Source: a virus. From it: 35,183 nucleotides of DNA. Below the pieces are notes generated by a model that worked only from the letters and a program-made list of their open reading frames with translations, had not been told where the DNA came from and searched no databases. Where the stretch lies: the UHGV virus genome UHGV-0213391; one strand, 5' to 3'. Made by a program: the position numbers and the translations under genes. Below, one piece after another: positions 16,812 to 26,251 of the stretch (within the stretch, counting starts at the first letter, position 1; each line of letters opens with the position of its first letter).

Positions 16812-16826
16812 GATTTTGTTTTCTGT

Positions 16827-17702
16827 TTAGTCCCACATGGCCTCTTGAGGGAGCCAGTTGTCAAGAATTGATTGAGCTTCTTCCAAGCTTCCGCCATTTT
16901 TCAAGAGTTCCAGGGCTTTTTTTCCTGCGGCTATTTTGCTGTGATGGCTCGCCAGGGTATAGCTTGTTGCGTTTAGGGCCAGTGCGGCGCGGGGGTATTT
17001 GGCGCGGGCGGCGTTTAACTCGGATTCAATGGCTGCGGTGTTGATGGGGCTATACGCAGGGTTGTTTTCGATGTTGTCCCATGCCCGGCGGTTTTTATCC
17101 CATGCCTTGTTCCAACGCGCGGTTATTTCCCGGAGTTCAGAAATTCCGGGGAAAAGCCTTTCTTCTTGTTTTTGGAAAAGCTGCTGACGTTTGGCAATGA
17201 TGTCCGTGATGACGTCTTCTGCAACGGTGATAAACAAGTTTTCCCCGGTCGGAACCTTGCCGCGCAGGGCAAATTGCCCCTTCAGGGGTGCAATGTCCGC
17301 TTCCGTGGTGAATTTGCCAAAAGGAGGAATTGTGAGTTCAGCGGTGATTGTATCTGCCGTGAGAGTGATTGCTACTTCCGTTCCGCGGGTTGTTGTGGTG
17401 TTGATGGTGGCTGATTCTCCGGCAGGTTTTTCCTGCGGCTCTTCCGCAGAGGCGGAAGGGGTTACAATGTCTCGGATGGCTTCGACGGCTTCGTCTCCAA
17501 TGGTGAGTGTCCGCTTGCCGCTTTTGTCGTTGGTGATGGTTCCGTCCGGGAGGATAGTAACAAAATCACGGCCAAAGTAGATTCGGGATTGCGTGTTGCC
17601 GTTCCAGACGCGGGCAGATTCGCCATAGTAGAGATAGCCTTTAGAATTGAGTGCCCGGACAATCTGTTCCGCCGTCAAGTTTTTGGTGTTGGTGATTTCC
17701 AT
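16827..17702 (-). CDS. Hypothetical protein (291 aa), first gene of the leftward accessory block
   Basis: Long ORF with no recognisable motifs. Its start abuts copy A of the promoter/leader element. Confidence 0.55.
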   Translation of the reverse strand: MEITNTKNLTAEQIVRALNSKGYLYYGESARVWNGNTQSRIYFGRDFVTILPDGTITNDKSGKRTLTIGDEAVEAIRDIVTPSASAEEPQEKPAGESATINTTTTRGTEVAITLTADTITAELTIPPFGKFTTEADIAPLKGQFALRGKVPTGENLFITVAEDVITDIIAKRQQLFQKQEERLFPGISELREITARWNKAWDKNRRAWDNIENNPAYSPINTAAIESELNAARAKYPRAALALNATSYTLASHHSKIAAGKKALELLKNGGSLEEAQSILDNWLPQEAMWD

Positions 17703-17800
17703 GATTTTGTTCTTTCAGTTGTTCAGTCTCTGGGTTCCTTACCTCCCGTCAACAAGGTTAATTTACTAAACAATGTTTAGTAGTGCAAGAGGAAAATGCA
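17703..17800 (-). promoter_or_regulatory. Copy A of the duplicated promoter/leader element, with palindrome ACTAAACAATGTTTAGT (17765-17781)
   Basis: About 85% identical to copy B over about 95 bp, including the start-codon context. Confidence 0.6.
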
Positions 17801-17868
17801 GCATGTGCAAAAAAAACTTTGCTCGGCTTCAAAAAATGTGGGAAAAGAAGGTATTCTGAATGTTCTTT

Positions 17869-17990
17869 CAGATGCCGCCCTTCGGGGCGTGGATTGAAAA
17901 ACTGCCTGTTTAGGGAATTCTCCCTTTGGCCGTGTATCGTCCAATTCCTTACAAGAGGGCGGCTGCTTCGGCGGCCGCCCTTTTGCTTAT
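17869..17990 (+). ncRNA. Candidate small structured RNA or terminator: two UUCG-tetraloop hairpins, the second followed by a U-tract
   Basis: Hairpin 1 is CCGCCC-TTCG-GGGCG (17869-17886). Hairpin 2 is GGGCGGCTGC-TTCG-GCGGCCGCCC (17957-17980), followed by TTTTGCTT. Confidence 0.35.
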
Positions 17991-18011
17991 GGAGAGACAA
18001 GAACAAACAAC

Positions 18012-18569
18012 ATGCTTGATTTACGGGAGCAAAATCTCTTATGGTGCACCCGCAGGAAAAAGAAACAATCACCTACCACCAACAAGAAAATAGGACGGCC
18101 CAGCCTCTATACGGAGGCACTAGCCGCCGAGATAGCCTCCAGGCTGGCTGCTGGGGAAACGATGAAGTCCATCTGCTCGGACGATCACATGCCGGAGGTT
18201 TGGACGGTTTGGAATTGGCGTGAAACCAAGCCGGAGTTTTCCAAACTCATTCAACGCGCACGGGAAGCGCAGTCGGAAGCACTGCTTGACGAGTGCCAGT
18301 CTTTGTCAGATGCCGCTGCTCAGGTTGCGCTCGACCCTGAATGTGGCTCTGCCTCCGTCGCCGCGAAGAAGCTCGCCATTGAAACGCGGCTGAAAGTGGC
18401 CGCCCGCTTCGCCCCCGAGAAATTCGGCGACCGAGTCCGGCAGGATGTAGCGGGCGTTCCAGGCGCTCCATTGGAACGCAAGATCACTCTGGACCCCGAG
18501 CAGCTTGCCCGGCTCCAGGAAGACGAGAAAACCGCGCTGGAAACCATCGCTGGCAAGCTCAATCCCTAG
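18012..18569 (+). CDS. terS: Terminase small subunit
   Basis: 'GRPSLYTEALAAEIASRLAAGETMKSICSDDHMPEVWTVWNWRETKPEFSKLIQRAREAQSEALLDE' matches the Terminase_2-type TerS pattern. Confidence 0.75.
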   Translation: MLDLREQNLLWCTRRKKKQSPTTNKKIGRPSLYTEALAAEIASRLAAGETMKSICSDDHMPEVWTVWNWRETKPEFSKLIQRAREAQSEALLDECQSLSDAAAQVALDPECGSASVAAKKLAIETRLKVAARFAPEKFGDRVRQDVAGVPGAPLERKITLDPEQLARLQEDEKTALETIAGKLNP

Positions 18570-18640
18570 ACATCAGGCCATACCTCCCCGTTAGCTTCTT
18601 CCTTCGCCACATCCTCCGCCTGGATCCCTATCCCTGGCAG

Positions 18641-19948
18641 GTGGAGGCCATCAAGGCGCTATCCCTTGGCAAGATTGCCCTGGGCGGAAAAAGCGTGGCT
18701 CTGGTAGCCCCCAACGGATCAGGCAAGACAAGCAACTGCATTGCGCCGGCCATCCTGTACTTTCTCACCTGTTTTCCGCGGGGACAGGTTCCCGTCACGT
18801 CCTCTTCGTGGATGCAAGTGGAAAAGCAGCTCTTCCCGTCGCTGCGCCGCTACATGGACAACCCCTTCTTCGCCGGCTGGACGTTCAACAAGACGGAAAT
18901 CCGTACCCCTGAAGGAGGTTTTGCCGTGGGATTCTCCACCGACAACGCCGGACGCGCGGAAGGATGGCACCCGAAAATATCGCCCGACGTGGACCCGGTC
19001 TTTTACGTCCTCGACGAAGCCAAGACCATCCCGGACCCCATCTTTACCGCGGTTTCCCGCTGCACGCTCTTTCATGCGTTCATCACATCGTCACCTGGAG
19101 CTGACTCCGGCACCTTCTACGACTGCTTCCACAAAAATTCCTCCCTCTACTACAAAATCCGCGTCAAGTACGAGGACTGCCCCCACATTGAAATCAACGA
19201 CCCAGGCAAGGCTGCCCGCATCAAAAAAGAATACGGCGAGCAATCCTCCTTCTATCGCTCCGCCATCCTCGGAGAATTCACGGACCTTGACGGGCAATCC
19301 GTCATTTCCCGCCGCGCCCTCATGGAGCTGCTTAACAATCCGCCTCCCTTTTTGGACACCGGGGAGACCTGCGGCGGCTTTGACTTCGCCGCCGGAGGCG
19401 ATGAAAACGTCTTTGCTGCCGGGCAGGGCAACCGGTTCTTCATCGCGGACCACTGGGCAGACCCGGACACCGTAGGAGCGCGCGGACGGTTCCGCCGCAA
19501 GGCCGCCGAACTCGGCATTCCAGCCGACCGCATTTTCGCGGATGGAGACGGCCTTGGACTCCCCCTCATTGACGACTTCCGCGCCGAGGGCTTCCCGGTG
19601 CACTCCTACCGGGGCGGATTTCCCGCCGACGATACGCAGGCCTTTGTCAACATCCGCGCCCAGGCATGGAGAGCATTGGCACGTGCGATCGAGGAAAAAG
19701 AGCTCATCCTCGACATTGATGAGGACACCATTGAGCAGCTTGTCGCGCCGCGCGTCCAGACGGACGCAATTGGCCGCGTCAAAATCGAGAGTAAGGAGGA
19801 CATGGCGAAGCGCGGCGTCCGCTCTCCCGACCGTGCTGATGCGCTCGTCATGGCCTGGCACGCGCGCCGGCACAGCGGGCTTGTCCGGGAGCTTGGAGCG
19901 TGGTATGCCAGACATCCGGCACAAAAACGCTCCATTGGCAGATATTAG
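18641..19948 (+). CDS. terL: Terminase large subunit (probable true start upstream at AGG 18575)
   Basis: Walker A-like 'VALVAPNGSGKT', Walker B 'YVLDEAK', and a nuclease-domain C-terminus. The conserved '...LDPYPWQ' lies in-frame upstream of the first canonical start (GTG 18641). Confidence 0.85.
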   Translation: MEAIKALSLGKIALGGKSVALVAPNGSGKTSNCIAPAILYFLTCFPRGQVPVTSSSWMQVEKQLFPSLRRYMDNPFFAGWTFNKTEIRTPEGGFAVGFSTDNAGRAEGWHPKISPDVDPVFYVLDEAKTIPDPIFTAVSRCTLFHAFITSSPGADSGTFYDCFHKNSSLYYKIRVKYEDCPHIEINDPGKAARIKKEYGEQSSFYRSAILGEFTDLDGQSVISRRALMELLNNPPPFLDTGETCGGFDFAAGGDENVFAAGQGNRFFIADHWADPDTVGARGRFRRKAAELGIPADRIFADGDGLGLPLIDDFRAEGFPVHSYRGGFPADDTQAFVNIRAQAWRALARAIEEKELILDIDEDTIEQLVAPRVQTDAIGRVKIESKEDMAKRGVRSPDRADALVMAWHARRHSGLVRELGAWYARHPAQKRSIGRY

Positions 19949-20000
19949 GGTTGACAATATATCAACATATCTATATGTGTTGATGTATATTCAACCGCAG
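19945..20000. promoter_or_regulatory. AT-rich dyad-symmetric island with TTGACA between terL and the portal gene
   Basis: gggTTGACAATATATCAACATATCTATATGTGTTGATGTATATTCAACC is an extended imperfect palindrome in a GC-rich context. Confidence 0.4.
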
Positions 20001-20191
20001 GGTGGTGAAACGGTATCATATGAGGTTCCTGTCCTCATGTCGGAGGTCCAACTCCTCCCCCTGCAACCAACCTTTTTCTTTCCTCCCGCCGCAGGTTTAA
20101 CGCTGTCCGAAATATCCTCAACGCTCCGAAGCTGGTCGCCCAACAGGAGACCAGAATCAAGGAACTGGAAACAGACCTCGCCCGGCAAGCC

Positions 20192-21457
20192 TTGACGGAC
20201 CGGAGCCGCATTCCTGGCCGCCCTCAATGGTTTGAATACTGGGACCCTCTTCAGGGCGCTGGCTTGCAAACACTTATCGATGCACGCAACGAAGCTAGAC
20301 GCGGCGCCTTTGCGCGGCAAATGCTCATCTGGGACGAGGTTATCTACTCGGACGGACTTCTGGGCATGCTCTACTCCCGGTTAATTGAAAGCGTTTCCAT
20401 GCAGGGCTGGAAGATTGACGCCGCGGACGACAGCCCGGAAGCCCAGCAGCAGAAAAACGCCCTGGAAGAATTCTACAACTCCGTCAACGGACTTCAGCAG
20501 TCCTTCGGGCATCTGGCCTCCGCTCTGTTCTACGGCTACGCCCACCTCCAATATATTGAGGACGCCTGGGGCCGGAGGTTTGAATTCATTCCCCAGCGTT
20601 ACTGGGTGCGGCCCGGGGAACTTAATGAGTGGCAATTTAACCCCCACTGTTATATCGGCGTCGATATCGGGGAAAGCGTGGAAGACGAAACTCTCGTCGT
20701 GATGGAGCACCGTTACCCCATCCTGTTCCCTGCTTCCCGCGCATCCTTTGAGCGCAACCACGCCAAGATGATCTGGGACAACCACATGGACCGTTACGGC
20801 TCCGCCCCGGCTATTATCACAGCCCCCAAGGAGGCAAGCGCCGCTGTCATGGACGCACTTGAGCGCGCCTGCGAAGAGCTCAAGTCTGGCGCATCCGTCG
20901 TCCTGCCTCCCAGCTGTACAGCAGAACCCCTCAAGGCATCCTCCATCAATGAAAACTATTTCCTCTCCCGCATCAACATGGCCGACAAGGACCAGGTGCG
21001 CTTTGTCATGGCAGGAACGCTGACCGTCTTGAATGAATCAGGTTCCGGCACTCTGGCCGGGTCTGCGCATACGGACAGCTGGAACTCGGTAGTCTCCGCC
21101 GTGTGCTCCAAGGTGGCGGAAGCTTTTAACGCCTCCATCAGCCCGCTGGTACTGGGAGACGGCGAACCACTGGCCCGCCTCCAAATCACCTTTGACACCG
21201 TTCAGACGCCGCTGCAGAAGGCCGAGGAAATTGCCACTCTTGCGGATGGAGGCGTCCGTCCCGAGAAAACCGAAATCGAGGAAAAGATCGGCATGTCCAT
21301 CGAAGACACAAGGGAAACCGCTCCCGCAGCGGCTGCCGTCAACCGGGAACCGGAAGGCGCACACATCCCGCCCGACGCCTACGAACAGCTGCAGCAGCTC
21401 ATTTATACCGGGCTCATGAAAGGATTTAGCGATGATCAGTACCAAACAAATCAATGA
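20192..21457 (+). CDS. Portal protein (Mu gp29/DUF935-like; probable true start at AGG 20093)
   Basis: Position directly after terL; 421+ aa. The in-frame upstream extension 'FNAVRNILNAPKLVAQQETRIKELE...' looks coding. Confidence 0.65.
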   Translation: MTDRSRIPGRPQWFEYWDPLQGAGLQTLIDARNEARRGAFARQMLIWDEVIYSDGLLGMLYSRLIESVSMQGWKIDAADDSPEAQQQKNALEEFYNSVNGLQQSFGHLASALFYGYAHLQYIEDAWGRRFEFIPQRYWVRPGELNEWQFNPHCYIGVDIGESVEDETLVVMEHRYPILFPASRASFERNHAKMIWDNHMDRYGSAPAIITAPKEASAAVMDALERACEELKSGASVVLPPSCTAEPLKASSINENYFLSRINMADKDQVRFVMAGTLTVLNESGSGTLAGSAHTDSWNSVVSAVCSKVAEAFNASISPLVLGDGEPLARLQITFDTVQTPLQKAEEIATLADGGVRPEKTEIEEKIGMSIEDTRETAPAAAAVNREPEGAHIPPDAYEQLQQLIYTGLMKGFSDDQYQTNQ

Positions 21458-22553
21458 CCTGTCCAATCCCGCCAACGGCTGGTTCCACGTCGAGAAAAGC
21501 GGAGATCATGAGGTCGACTACGGCGAGGGGCCTGCGGTGCTCCGCATAGACGAGCAGGCAATCAAGTCCATGGTGGACGAATTCAACTCCCGCACCTTTG
21601 ACGGGCCCGGCATGCTCATTGACGGCGACCACTTGAGCCATGACCTTTCACGCGACACTCGCGCCCTCGGATGGCTCAAGCGGCTGGACACCTACCGCGA
21701 TCCTTCCGGCGCGTTGGAGCTGTACGGCTTCATCGAATGGACACCGCGCGGGCAGCAAATGTTGGCCGACAAAGAATATACGCAATCCTCCACTGAATAT
21801 GGAGAGGGCATGACCTTTAACGACGGCATTTACCGCCCTGCCAAGCTGACAGGCTTCGCCCTGACCAACCGGCCCCGCATCAAGGGCAAGCGCCCTCTGG
21901 TCAACCGACAGACTTCCCCCGCCTCCACAGAGGCCGGGGGCGAACAACAAAGCCCCGAACAGGGGGAAAACAACCCAGAAACCAATATGGAAAACGACGA
22001 CAGAGAATATCCGTCCAAGGAAATGGACAAGGCCCAGCGGGCCCTGTTCGATTCCCTGCTTGACAAGCTGGATGTCGAATTTGACGGCACCGACGACATG
22101 AGCAGGGATATCCTCGGACGCCTCGATGAACTGCTCTCGCTGGAAAAGCGAGAGAAAGACCACGTGAACGCCGAAGTGGACGACGCCGTCAGCACGTACG
22201 AAAACGAGCTGGACGAGGAAGAACGCAAGGAATTCACGGAAGAACGCCGGGAAGAGCTGAAAAACTCTCTCCGGGAAAGCCCCGCCGCACTGGGCGCCTT
22301 TGTCAAGGCTCTCAATCGGTCCGCGAAGTCAAAGCCGCCGCATGACGTTGTTGATGAAAGCCGCCGAAATCCAGCTGGAAGAACGTCCTTGAACCGCCGC
22401 GCCACCCAGGCGCCGCCCAATCCGTTCCGCAAAAAGGAATCCATCGACGGATTCCAGAACCGCGTGGACGAATTGATGAAGGGCGGCATGAAGCGGTACG
22501 ATGCCTTCCAGAAAGCCACCGAAGAAGGCTACATTGTAACCTCCGAACGATAA
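21432..22553 (+). CDS. Mu gpI-like head protease/scaffold protein
   Basis: 'GWFHV...LIDGDHLSHD...ALGWLKRL...IEWTPRGQQMLADKEYTQSSTEY...LTGFALTNRP' matches the Mu I-protein family pattern. Confidence 0.7.
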   Translation: MISTKQINDLSNPANGWFHVEKSGDHEVDYGEGPAVLRIDEQAIKSMVDEFNSRTFDGPGMLIDGDHLSHDLSRDTRALGWLKRLDTYRDPSGALELYGFIEWTPRGQQMLADKEYTQSSTEYGEGMTFNDGIYRPAKLTGFALTNRPRIKGKRPLVNRQTSPASTEAGGEQQSPEQGENNPETNMENDDREYPSKEMDKAQRALFDSLLDKLDVEFDGTDDMSRDILGRLDELLSLEKREKDHVNAEVDDAVSTYENELDEEERKEFTEERREELKNSLRESPAALGAFVKALNRSAKSKPPHDVVDESRRNPAGRTSLNRRATQAPPNPFRKKESIDGFQNRVDELMKGGMKRYDAFQKATEEGYIVTSER

Positions 22554-22573
22554 CCCCAACCTGATACAAACCA

Positions 22574-23005
22574 ATGCCATCACTCAATGTAACCCAGAAA
22601 AGCGCCATCGTCTATTTCAACACCCCGGAGGGTGTTGACCTGTGCGGACAGGAAGGAACCGTCGTAGCGCTGACCGCCAACCCGGACATCCCCGAGTTTA
22701 TCGGGACGCCGTTGTCCGCCATCCCTACGCAGACGCAACTGCTCGGCGTAGTCCTGCAAGGGCAGCCCAACCAGGGAACCTGCGTCGCCGCCCTCGTCGG
22801 AATGTATGCCGGCCTGATCAAGGCGGCTCTTTCCGACACGCCAGGCACGATCAACGCCGGAACGCCCCTCACCATCACGGCCAACGGAGCATGGAAGGCC
22901 GCCGCCAGCGGTGAAACCGTCTATGCCCGCGTGATTCACGCCCAGTGGGAACAAGGCATGGTGGAAATCGGCTTCGTCCCCTCCTACCAGGTCGCGGCTG
23001 CGTAA
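22574..23005 (+). CDS. Hypothetical head protein (143 aa; possible decoration or DUF2190-like)
   Basis: Lies between the protease/scaffold and capsid genes; Ala/Gly-rich. Confidence 0.45.
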   Translation: MPSLNVTQKSAIVYFNTPEGVDLCGQEGTVVALTANPDIPEFIGTPLSAIPTQTQLLGVVLQGQPNQGTCVAALVGMYAGLIKAALSDTPGTINAGTPLTITANGAWKAAASGETVYARVIHAQWEQGMVEIGFVPSYQVAAA

Positions 23006-23225
23006 CATCAACCCCAACCAATAGAAAGACCAAAAAACAAGGGCTACTCCATTTTGCTCAGCCGTCCAGTTCACCGATGTCCTGACCGCCTACTCAGCCG
23101 GCTCCGGGAATACCGAAGAGAACTCCATTATCAGCCGCATCGCGCCGATCGTCCCGGTCTACGACCTTAACTTCCAGTACAAGGTCTGGGACACGGATTC
23201 GGCATTCACGGTCCAGCCAATCCAG

Positions 23226-23963
23226 GTGGGACCGGGCGAACCTCCCCGCCAGACCATCCTGCGCGGCAGGAACGAAACCGACACCCTTCAGGGTTACGGC
23301 TTGACCTTGCCGATTCCGGATGCCTTGCTGGGCGTCAACCGTGAAAAGGCGCAGGCTATCACCCTGGCGGAATACAAGCTCATCGAATCACAGTTCGTGA
23401 CCTCGTATGAGTATGAACGCGCCAAGCTCATCACCAGCCAGCTGCCTGCCGCAGCCGGGTACGGGGACTGGGCCAACGAACAGAAGAACCCGCTGGCGGA
23501 CCTCGACAAGGCAATCCTGTCCATCAATGCGGCTACCGGACGCATGCCGAATACCATCGTCTTTGGCATCAACGCCTGGCAGCTCCTGCGAGCCAACCCC
23601 ATTGCCAGACAGGTGGTGTCATTCAACAGTGTCGGCCTTTTCAACGAAGACCTGCTCCGCAATGCGCTGATTCGGCCTATCAGGGATATTTACATCGCAG
23701 CCATGCCCTACCGCGACGCTTCCGGCGACGCCAAGACCATCATGGAGAACGAAGTCTATGTCCTGTACAAGGAAGACTCCCCGACGCAGTTCGACGCCTC
23801 TGCCATCAAGACGTTTGGTTTGTCCGGCAAGCTCCGTCGCGAAGTCATCACGGAATACAAGCCGACTCCCGCTCTGACGCTGGTAACCAACCGTGTCTAC
23901 TCGCTGACCAAGCTGACCAACCCGTCCGCCATCGTCCGCATCGACGCGACGGCCACGGCTTAA
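23226..23963 (+). CDS. Putative major capsid protein (coding appears to begin at AGG 23040)
   Basis: Position after the protease/scaffold. The in-frame upstream 'ATPFCSAVQFTDVLTAYSAGSGNTEENSIISRIAPIVPVYDLNFQYKVWDTD' looks coding and has no ATG/GTG/TTG. Confidence 0.55.
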   Translation: MGPGEPPRQTILRGRNETDTLQGYGLTLPIPDALLGVNREKAQAITLAEYKLIESQFVTSYEYERAKLITSQLPAAAGYGDWANEQKNPLADLDKAILSINAATGRMPNTIVFGINAWQLLRANPIARQVVSFNSVGLFNEDLLRNALIRPIRDIYIAAMPYRDASGDAKTIMENEVYVLYKEDSPTQFDASAIKTFGLSGKLRREVITEYKPTPALTLVTNRVYSLTKLTNPSAIVRIDATATA

Positions 23964-23985
23964 CCCGCGCCAACCCGCCTCCATC

Positions 23986-24462
23986 ATGTCTGCCTTTCCC
24001 GCCTGGTCCACCATCACTACGGATGAAGCCGACCGACTGCTCGGCCTCAACACCGCAGAACGCGACGCCCTGGTGAAAGCCGGGGAACAGCGCAGCCTGG
24101 ACTACCGGGACGTCATGATGGAGGCGGTCAACGATGTCTGCATGGCCATCCGCGGGGCGCTGGCCAACAACCTCGCCCTGCGGCAATCGCTCCAAAACAG
24201 CGGGATGTACGACATCCCGCAGAGCATGCGCTCCCTGGCGTGGCCGCTGATCATCCGGCAGCTCTACCTGCGCTACCAGATCAACCTGACCGAAACGCGC
24301 CAGAAGGCAGCCGAATCGGCTGATGAGATGTTGTCCCGCTATGCACGCGGGGAAATGCTGCCGGAAAGCGTGGACGGCTCCGCACCCGCGGATCCCGCCT
24401 ACATGATGCCGCGCTACACGCGCCGCCCCTGGTTCAACCCCATGAGAAGCACCTACCGATGA
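23986..24462 (+). CDS. Hypothetical head-tail protein (158 aa)
   Basis: ORF with ATG start in the structural module. Confidence 0.5.
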   Translation: MSAFPAWSTITTDEADRLLGLNTAERDALVKAGEQRSLDYRDVMMEAVNDVCMAIRGALANNLALRQSLQNSGMYDIPQSMRSLAWPLIIRQLYLRYQINLTETRQKAAESADEMLSRYARGEMLPESVDGSAPADPAYMMPRYTRRPWFNPMRSTYR

Positions 24463-25595
24463 TGACCGCCGCCCAGATGGAGATGATCGCCAACGACTAC
24501 GCCGAGCGCGCCTTTTTCGTGTCCGGGGTGGAACCCGGCGTCATCCTGTCCGACTTTGAGGATAAGGCCGGCAAGGTCGCCACCGGCGCCTTGAGCTACG
24601 AGGAAGCGCAGCAGGCCATCCGTGAAACCCTGCGCCAGCAAGGCTATCGTCCTCCGGAGACAGGGCAGGGCGGCATTCAGGATTTGTCCTCCTGGCTCCG
24701 CATCCAGGTCGTCATGGAAACCAACGCGGCCATGGCCCACGGGTATCGGAACTGGTACAACTGGACACAGGACGACAGCACGGCCGCCTTCAAATTTTAC
24801 CGCTCCCAGGGCCGGGAAGATCCCCGCTACTGGGCCGAACGCTGGAACCGGGCCAGAGCCGGATTAGAAGAAGAAGCCACGGAAGCGGTATCATCCGGCT
24901 TCATCCGCGGCGAGATCGTCGGCTATGCGCTGGCGTCCTCCGATATTTGGGTGCGTCTCTCGCGGTTCGGCACGCCTTACCCGCCCTTTGACTACCTGTC
25001 CGGCATGAACATCGCCCCCGTGGGCGCCGAAGAAGCCCGCGCGGCCGGGCTGGACGTGTCGCGCGTCCGTCCTGCTCCTGCCAGCTTCAACGCCACATTG
25101 GAAAGCAACGCCAAAGGCGTGACGGAATCCAACAAGAACAAGATCCGCCGCATCCTGAAAGAAGCCGTGCGTGTCACGCAAGAGAACGACGGCAATACCA
25201 CCTTTACCTATACCGACCCGAACGGGACGCGCCCTTACACGGACGCGGAACTGGCGGAAGTCCTGTCCGGGGATTTCCCGGAAGAGATCCCCTTGCGTCA
25301 GGCCCAGGCGTTCCGTCTGGCGGCAGCCGGGGGAGCCGTGGCCGGAACGCTGGCATCACTTTACCTCGACCGCCTGCTGGACCGTCTGGCTTCCGAGCCG
25401 GAAGGCGTCTGGTACGCGCGGCCCGCGGACGTGGCTTCCGCGTCCTCCCTTCAGTATATCCCCGTTTCTCAGAAGGAAGAGGGAGAATTCACCTATCCCA
25501 TTACCTCCGGGCACGTCAGGAAAGTGGAAGACGTCGCCGGAGCCCTCAATGTGGAACTGTCAACCCCTTACGTTTTACCCGTCAAATGGCTGTAA
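24459..25595 (+). CDS. Hypothetical structural protein (378 aa; possibly head-morphogenesis-like)
   Basis: Long ORF; 'RIQVVMETNAAMAHGYRNWYNW' weakly recalls Mu F/SPP1 gp7-type domains. Confidence 0.5.
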   Translation: MMTAAQMEMIANDYAERAFFVSGVEPGVILSDFEDKAGKVATGALSYEEAQQAIRETLRQQGYRPPETGQGGIQDLSSWLRIQVVMETNAAMAHGYRNWYNWTQDDSTAAFKFYRSQGREDPRYWAERWNRARAGLEEEATEAVSSGFIRGEIVGYALASSDIWVRLSRFGTPYPPFDYLSGMNIAPVGAEEARAAGLDVSRVRPAPASFNATLESNAKGVTESNKNKIRRILKEAVRVTQENDGNTTFTYTDPNGTRPYTDAELAEVLSGDFPEEIPLRQAQAFRLAAAGGAVAGTLASLYLDRLLDRLASEPEGVWYARPADVASASSLQYIPVSQKEEGEFTYPITSGHVRKVEDVAGALNVELSTPYVLPVKWL

Positions 25596-26251
25596 CCGTC
25601 CACATCGACCAATCCGCGATTGACCGCGCGTTTGCCGGCATGGCGCCGTCCGCCGCCCTGCACAAGACCGCCATCCGCAAGGCGGGCGTTGCCCTCAGTC
25701 TGATGATTCAGCAAACCTTGCGCCAACAGGGCAAGGACTACTACGACGCCGCGGCGGACGCCACCAGCATGGAAGAAACCGCCGAAGGCGTCAGCGTCTC
25801 CATTGCCTGGCGCGGCATCGGCCTGCACTGGATAGGCACGCAGGGCTACCTGGGCGGCCCGCTGCGGCCCACCGGACGCACTTCGGAAGTCACCGGCAAG
25901 CCGATTCAGAACCTCGCCATCCCCACCATCAACGCGCCACGAGGGCATGGAGGGACCCGAAGCATTTACAGCGCAGGCTTCCGCAAAGACGATTTGCAAT
26001 TCATCCCCTCCAAAAACGGAGGACGGAATGGAAATGTAACCGGCGTCCTGATTCTCAAGACGGCCCAGTCCTCCACCGGAAAGAAAGCGGCCCGCAAGCT
26101 GTTCCGGCAGGGAGCCAGAACCGGCGACGTGCTCTACGTGCTGTGCCGTGAAGTCACGATCCCGCCAACGCCGGGCATTCTCCCGACGATGGACCGGATG
26201 GCGCAGCGCGCCGCGGAAACTTACCTCGCCAACATCGGAAACGCATCATGA
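25586..26251 (+). CDS. Hypothetical virion-morphogenesis protein (221 aa)
   Basis: Start overlaps the previous ORF end; structural module. Confidence 0.5.
   Translation: MAVTVHIDQSAIDRAFAGMAPSAALHKTAIRKAGVALSLMIQQTLRQQGKDYYDAAADATSMEETAEGVSVSIAWRGIGLHWIGTQGYLGGPLRPTGRTSEVTGKPIQNLAIPTINAPRGHGGTRSIYSAGFRKDDLQFIPSKNGGRNGNVTGVLILKTAQSSTGKKAARKLFRQGARTGDVLYVLCREVTIPPTPGILPTMDRMAQRAAETYLANIGNAS

Noticed and set aside
19091-19957. 288-aa ORF on the minus strand
   Set aside because: Antisense to terL; no motifs; low-complexity Ala/Gly/Arg composition.
21830-22519. 229-aa minus-strand ORF
   Set aside because: Antisense to the Mu gpI-like protease gene; Ser/Arg-rich low complexity.
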